Source of the DNA: Methanobacteriota archaeon
GTDB lineage: Archaea > Thermoplasmatota > Thermoplasmata > SG8-5 > JAGLSY01
Assembly (NCBI GenBank): GCA_020697715.1
Contig: JAEHCO010000008.1
Span: 1 to 51,233 of the forward strand
Length of the DNA: 51,233 nucleotides
Reading direction: 5' to 3'
The notes under the pieces were generated by a model. The model did not search any database. It was not told the DNA's origin and worked only from the letters and a program-made list of their open reading frames with translations. Below, piece by piece: positions 48,465 through 51,233 of this stretch. The position numbers and the translations under genes were made by a program. Within the stretch, counting starts at the first letter, position 1, and every line of letters starts with the position of its first letter.

Positions 48465-49130
48465 CTAGACAACCTCTGCTCCATCCACCCTATAATAGCC
48501 AGACTGTTTTTCCCATACAGTCTGGGATCCTGTGATCTTCAATGTCTTATTGAAATTCGGCCCATCCAGAACAAGTGATTCAAATTCCCCGCCTTCACCA
48601 GCCACATTGATCCTGTTCTTCTCCGATATGGCCATCAATTCGGCCAGTGCCTCTTTATCCAATTCTCTACCCAGCCAATCTTCCCCAAGGCCATCGGCAT
48701 ATACACCAGCAATGATTATTTTGAATCCTGCAGATATCATGTCCTCCATCAACATCTGTTGATCACATCGCCACAAGGGGCTGAATACCTTTATGCCAAG
48801 ATCATAACAGACGCGATTGATACGGCTGGTCTGGTAATCTGAGGCGATCGCCCCGGTTATAAGGGCATCTATGTCCATTCCGGACAGGAGCTGTTCTAGA
48901 TCATCCAGCTCCTTTTCCTCCTCGCCCTTCGTGGATATCTTTGAGAGCGGGATGCCCATACATTCCGCCAACTTATCTGTAAGACCGATATTTGGAATAT
49001 GGAACATATAGGATTCACCTTCTTCCGGTATGATGGATATCAGATCGGTCACGTCCCAGCCCCATTGCTGGGCAATGTAGATCGCATATACAGAATCCTT
49101 TCCTCCGGAGAACAGAGCGGCTACCTTCAT
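48465..49130 (-). CDS. dph6: Diphthine--ammonia ligase (diphthamide synthase, PP-loop ATPase)
   Basis: MKVAALFSGGKDS, SYMFH, GAIASDYQ, PLW, GEGGEFES. Confidence 0.92.
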   Translation of the reverse strand: MKVAALFSGGKDSVYAIYIAQQWGWDVTDLISIIPEEGESYMFHIPNIGLTDKLAECMGIPLSKISTKGEEEKELDDLEQLLSGMDIDALITGAIASDYQTSRINRVCYDLGIKVFSPLWRCDQQMLMEDMISAGFKIIIAGVYADGLGEDWLGRELDKEALAELMAISEKNRINVAGEGGEFESLVLDGPNFNKTLKITGSQTVWEKQSGYYRVDGAEVV

Positions 49131-49169
49131 GACATTGGATGGAAGTATAGAAGATAAATATTTCTTACA

Positions 49170-49250
49170 TATCTGATACGATCAATATCTTACATTATCT
49201 GATACGATCAATATCTTACATTATCTGATATGAACTGATATGAGCTGATA
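49170..49250. repeat. 26-bp tandem repeat (2.3 copies) continuing as 10-bp-period CTGATA units
   Basis: TATCTGATACGATCAATATCTTACAT at 49170-95 and 49196-221, then TATCTGATA-TGAACTGATA-TGAGCTGATA. Confidence 0.9.
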
Positions 49251-49366
49251 AAGATTACAGCAGTATTATGATGAATTAACAGCAAAATTAGTATATGGGT
49301 ATTAAAAGAATATGAAAAGCTGCATCTTCAAACAATACTAAATATCATTAATTCAATCCAGATTCA

Positions 49367-50134
49367 ATGGTAGCTACGATATCCATACCTACGGAAGAGC
49401 GCATAATTCTTTATCTGTCGGACTTTGAATCCCTGGAAGACGTCTATGAGACCACGATGGACCTCACCCAGAAAGGTATATCTCAAAATGTGGATGTTCA
49501 GAGAAAGCACATATCCAGATATCTCAAGAAATTGATGGAGGGTGGAATGATATCCGAGGTCCAATGCCATGTCGCAGGTGCGAAGCAGAGGATGAAGTGC
49601 TATTATCTATCATGGGATGGACGCAGAAAGGCAAAGGACATAAGAGAGCATGTAGGTAATAAAAAGATCAAGATGCAGATAGAGAATGGTGAGATCATCG
49701 AAATGAAGTTCTCCGAGATCGATGGAGCCACATCCGTGCACCTTACACTTTCCGATATATTAAGCGAGGCCATGAAGGTAGATGATTTCCTGGTCAAGGA
49801 CACTCTTGAGACAATAGAGGAAATGAAAAGAAGAGAGCTGGATGCAAAGACCCAGAAATCCGATGTCTACCGCCAGGCACTAAATACAGCCTGGCGTGAC
49901 GGTGTGCTGACACCCTCCGAAATGCATCTTATTGGTGCCCTGAAGGAGCATTTGGGTGTTTCAGATGAAGAGCATGATCTTATGGAGAACGAGATCATCA
50001 ACAATATGAAATATGGGCGAGCGGAGCTTATGGATGTTTTCTCAGATATCACAGGTGTAATAGGTGAGAAACCAACCAATCGGGAAAAAGAGGTGCTGGA
50101 GCTTCTCAAAGATAGATTCAAGATCGATGGCTGA
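49367..50134 (+). CDS. Winged-helix DNA-binding protein with C-terminal TerB-like helical domain
   Basis: LTQKGISQNVDVQRKHISRYLKKL...YYLS wHTH pattern; YRQALNTAWRDGVLTPSE..L...LGVS TerB-like pattern. Confidence 0.7.
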   Translation: MVATISIPTEERIILYLSDFESLEDVYETTMDLTQKGISQNVDVQRKHISRYLKKLMEGGMISEVQCHVAGAKQRMKCYYLSWDGRRKAKDIREHVGNKKIKMQIENGEIIEMKFSEIDGATSVHLTLSDILSEAMKVDDFLVKDTLETIEEMKRRELDAKTQKSDVYRQALNTAWRDGVLTPSEMHLIGALKEHLGVSDEEHDLMENEIINNMKYGRAELMDVFSDITGVIGEKPTNREKEVLELLKDRFKIDG

Positions 50135-50261
50135 AATAGATGGCCGATCGATAGTTCTTAGCAGATCATTTCTTAGTTTTAGAAAACAGATTCGGCATAA
50201 ATTGATTCTGCATAATTAGAAAACTATATTGTATAGTAGTGGTATATCATACCTGGTTAAT

Positions 50262-50963
50262 ATGGATAGAATCAAGACTTTCATACAAGGCTTTGATGAC
50301 CGAATAAGCGAGGGAATCCCAAAAGGTCATTGTGTGCTTATTGCAGGAGAACCCGGAGCATACAAGAGTTCTATTGCTTTTTCACTTTTATACAATCAGG
50401 CACTGGCCGAGGGAAGAAAAAGTGTTTATATCACTTTGGAACAGAGCAGGGATAACCTTGCGATCCACATGAAAGGCATGGGCTTCGACCACGAGAAGGT
50501 CGACCAATTGGTCACGATAGTCGACCTGGCCCTGATTAGAAAGAACCTTGATAAAGTGGGTCCACAATCATGGATGCAGATATTCAAGACATATGCCATG
50601 AACCTGAAGGATAGCCTTGATTATGAGATACTGGTCATTGATTCCATGCCAGTCCTCAGTATGCTGGCAGAATTCAAAAACCCAAGGCAGGAACTATTCC
50701 ACTTCTTCGAATGGTTACGGGATCTGAATGTTACCACACTGATACTGGGCGAAATGAGTGCTTCAAATTTGGATTATGCACAATGTGGAGAGGATTTCCT
50801 TGCAGACGGGATCATCCACCTCAAAATGGAAAGAGTGGGTGATGTCAATATCCAGAGGCGCATAAGATGTGTCAAGATGAGAGCCACAGCTCACAATACT
50901 GACTATTACACATTGATCTATCACCAGGGCAGATTCCAGGCGACCCGGGTCATCAGTGAATAG
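50262..50963 (+). CDS. KaiC/RAD55-family (RecA superfamily) single-domain ATPase
   Basis: RIKTFIQGFD...GIPKG, GEPGAYKS Walker A, YITLEQ, LVIDS Walker B, FLADGIIHL, KMRATAH. Confidence 0.92.
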   Translation: MDRIKTFIQGFDDRISEGIPKGHCVLIAGEPGAYKSSIAFSLLYNQALAEGRKSVYITLEQSRDNLAIHMKGMGFDHEKVDQLVTIVDLALIRKNLDKVGPQSWMQIFKTYAMNLKDSLDYEILVIDSMPVLSMLAEFKNPRQELFHFFEWLRDLNVTTLILGEMSASNLDYAQCGEDFLADGIIHLKMERVGDVNIQRRIRCVKMRATAHNTDYYTLIYHQGRFQATRVISE

Positions 50964-50979
50964 GCGGGTGTTGGTTAGC

Positions 50980-51233
50980 GTGGCAGGTACAGGCAGAATC
51001 CGAACTTGCCAGAGAGCATTGATATTATCCCTAAGCATAGGCTTCATCTCATTTATTTCATCACTGGTGATGTCAAGATATGGGCCTGTGGGCCTGGTAC
51101 TGGTATCTGGAGCGATATCACTTATTCTGATAATGATTTCATTGATATTGCTGTGGAAGATACTGGCAGAGGAAGAAGTACAAGTGTCAAAGATAGATCA
51201 TCATAGTGAGATCGATGAAAGTAATGATATAAC
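50980..51233 (+). CDS. Hypothetical membrane protein, partial (runs off the right edge)
   Basis: Hand translation from GTG 50980: two hydrophobic helices ALILSLSIGFISFISSLVM and VGLVLVSGAISLILIMISLILLW, then acidic stretch; no stop in window, so absent from ORF track. Confidence 0.7.
   Translation, partial: MAGTGRIRTCQRALILSLSIGFISFISSLVMSRYGPVGLVLVSGAISLILIMISLILLWKILAEEEVQVSKIDHHSEIDESNDI

Noticed and set aside
47687-48535. 282-aa plus-strand ORF
   Set aside because: Lies antisense to the lactate permease and the end of dph6, with no motifs; shadow ORF
51006-51206. 66-aa ORF from the track
   Set aside because: Overlaps in another frame the longer open membrane-protein frame starting at 50980, which has a plausible RBS and TM pattern
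1-51233. Mobile elements, inteins, frameshifted pseudogenes, Sec/Pyl readthrough
   Set aside because: No transposase or integrase motifs; MCM and RtcB have normal lengths without inteins; no split gene pairs suggesting recoding were seen

Overview
Gene-dense chromosomal segment of an archaeon (MCM, aIF-2beta-TRAM, NMD3, Dph6, presenilin-type protease, archaeal SepF, GGTGA/GGAGG ribosome-binding sites, TATA boxes). The gene set suggests an anaerobic, peptide-degrading Thermoplasmatota-like organism; this is an inference. Left to right: two giant divergent secreted subtilases (the left one runs off the window and is missing from the ORF track); a GlcD-like FAD oxidoreductase and HdrD-like Fe-S protein; glmU-glmS; mcm-DUF424-nmd3; an uncharacterised four-gene cluster (two membrane-anchored surface proteins, a Zn-ribbon/acidic/4TM/coiled-coil/ChlI-type AAA+ fusion, and a second ChlI-type ATPase) preceded by a ~200-nt four-way-junction RNA leader; cysS, hps-rraA, rtcB, aIF-2beta, presenilin, a phosphoesterase and sepF; a bacterial-type single-chain PFOR next to an archaeal por(gamma-delta)/alpha/beta operon; phoU, DUF47 and an ABC importer with no adjacent binding protein; a lactate permease and dph6; and a wHTH/KaiC-like/membrane-protein module. 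No rRNA, tRNA, CRISPR array or transposase was seen. The best candidate for an undescribed system is the membrane-tethered ChlI-type AAA+ cluster with its structured leader (18664-25523). All calls come from reading motifs by eye; no database searches or folding programs were run.
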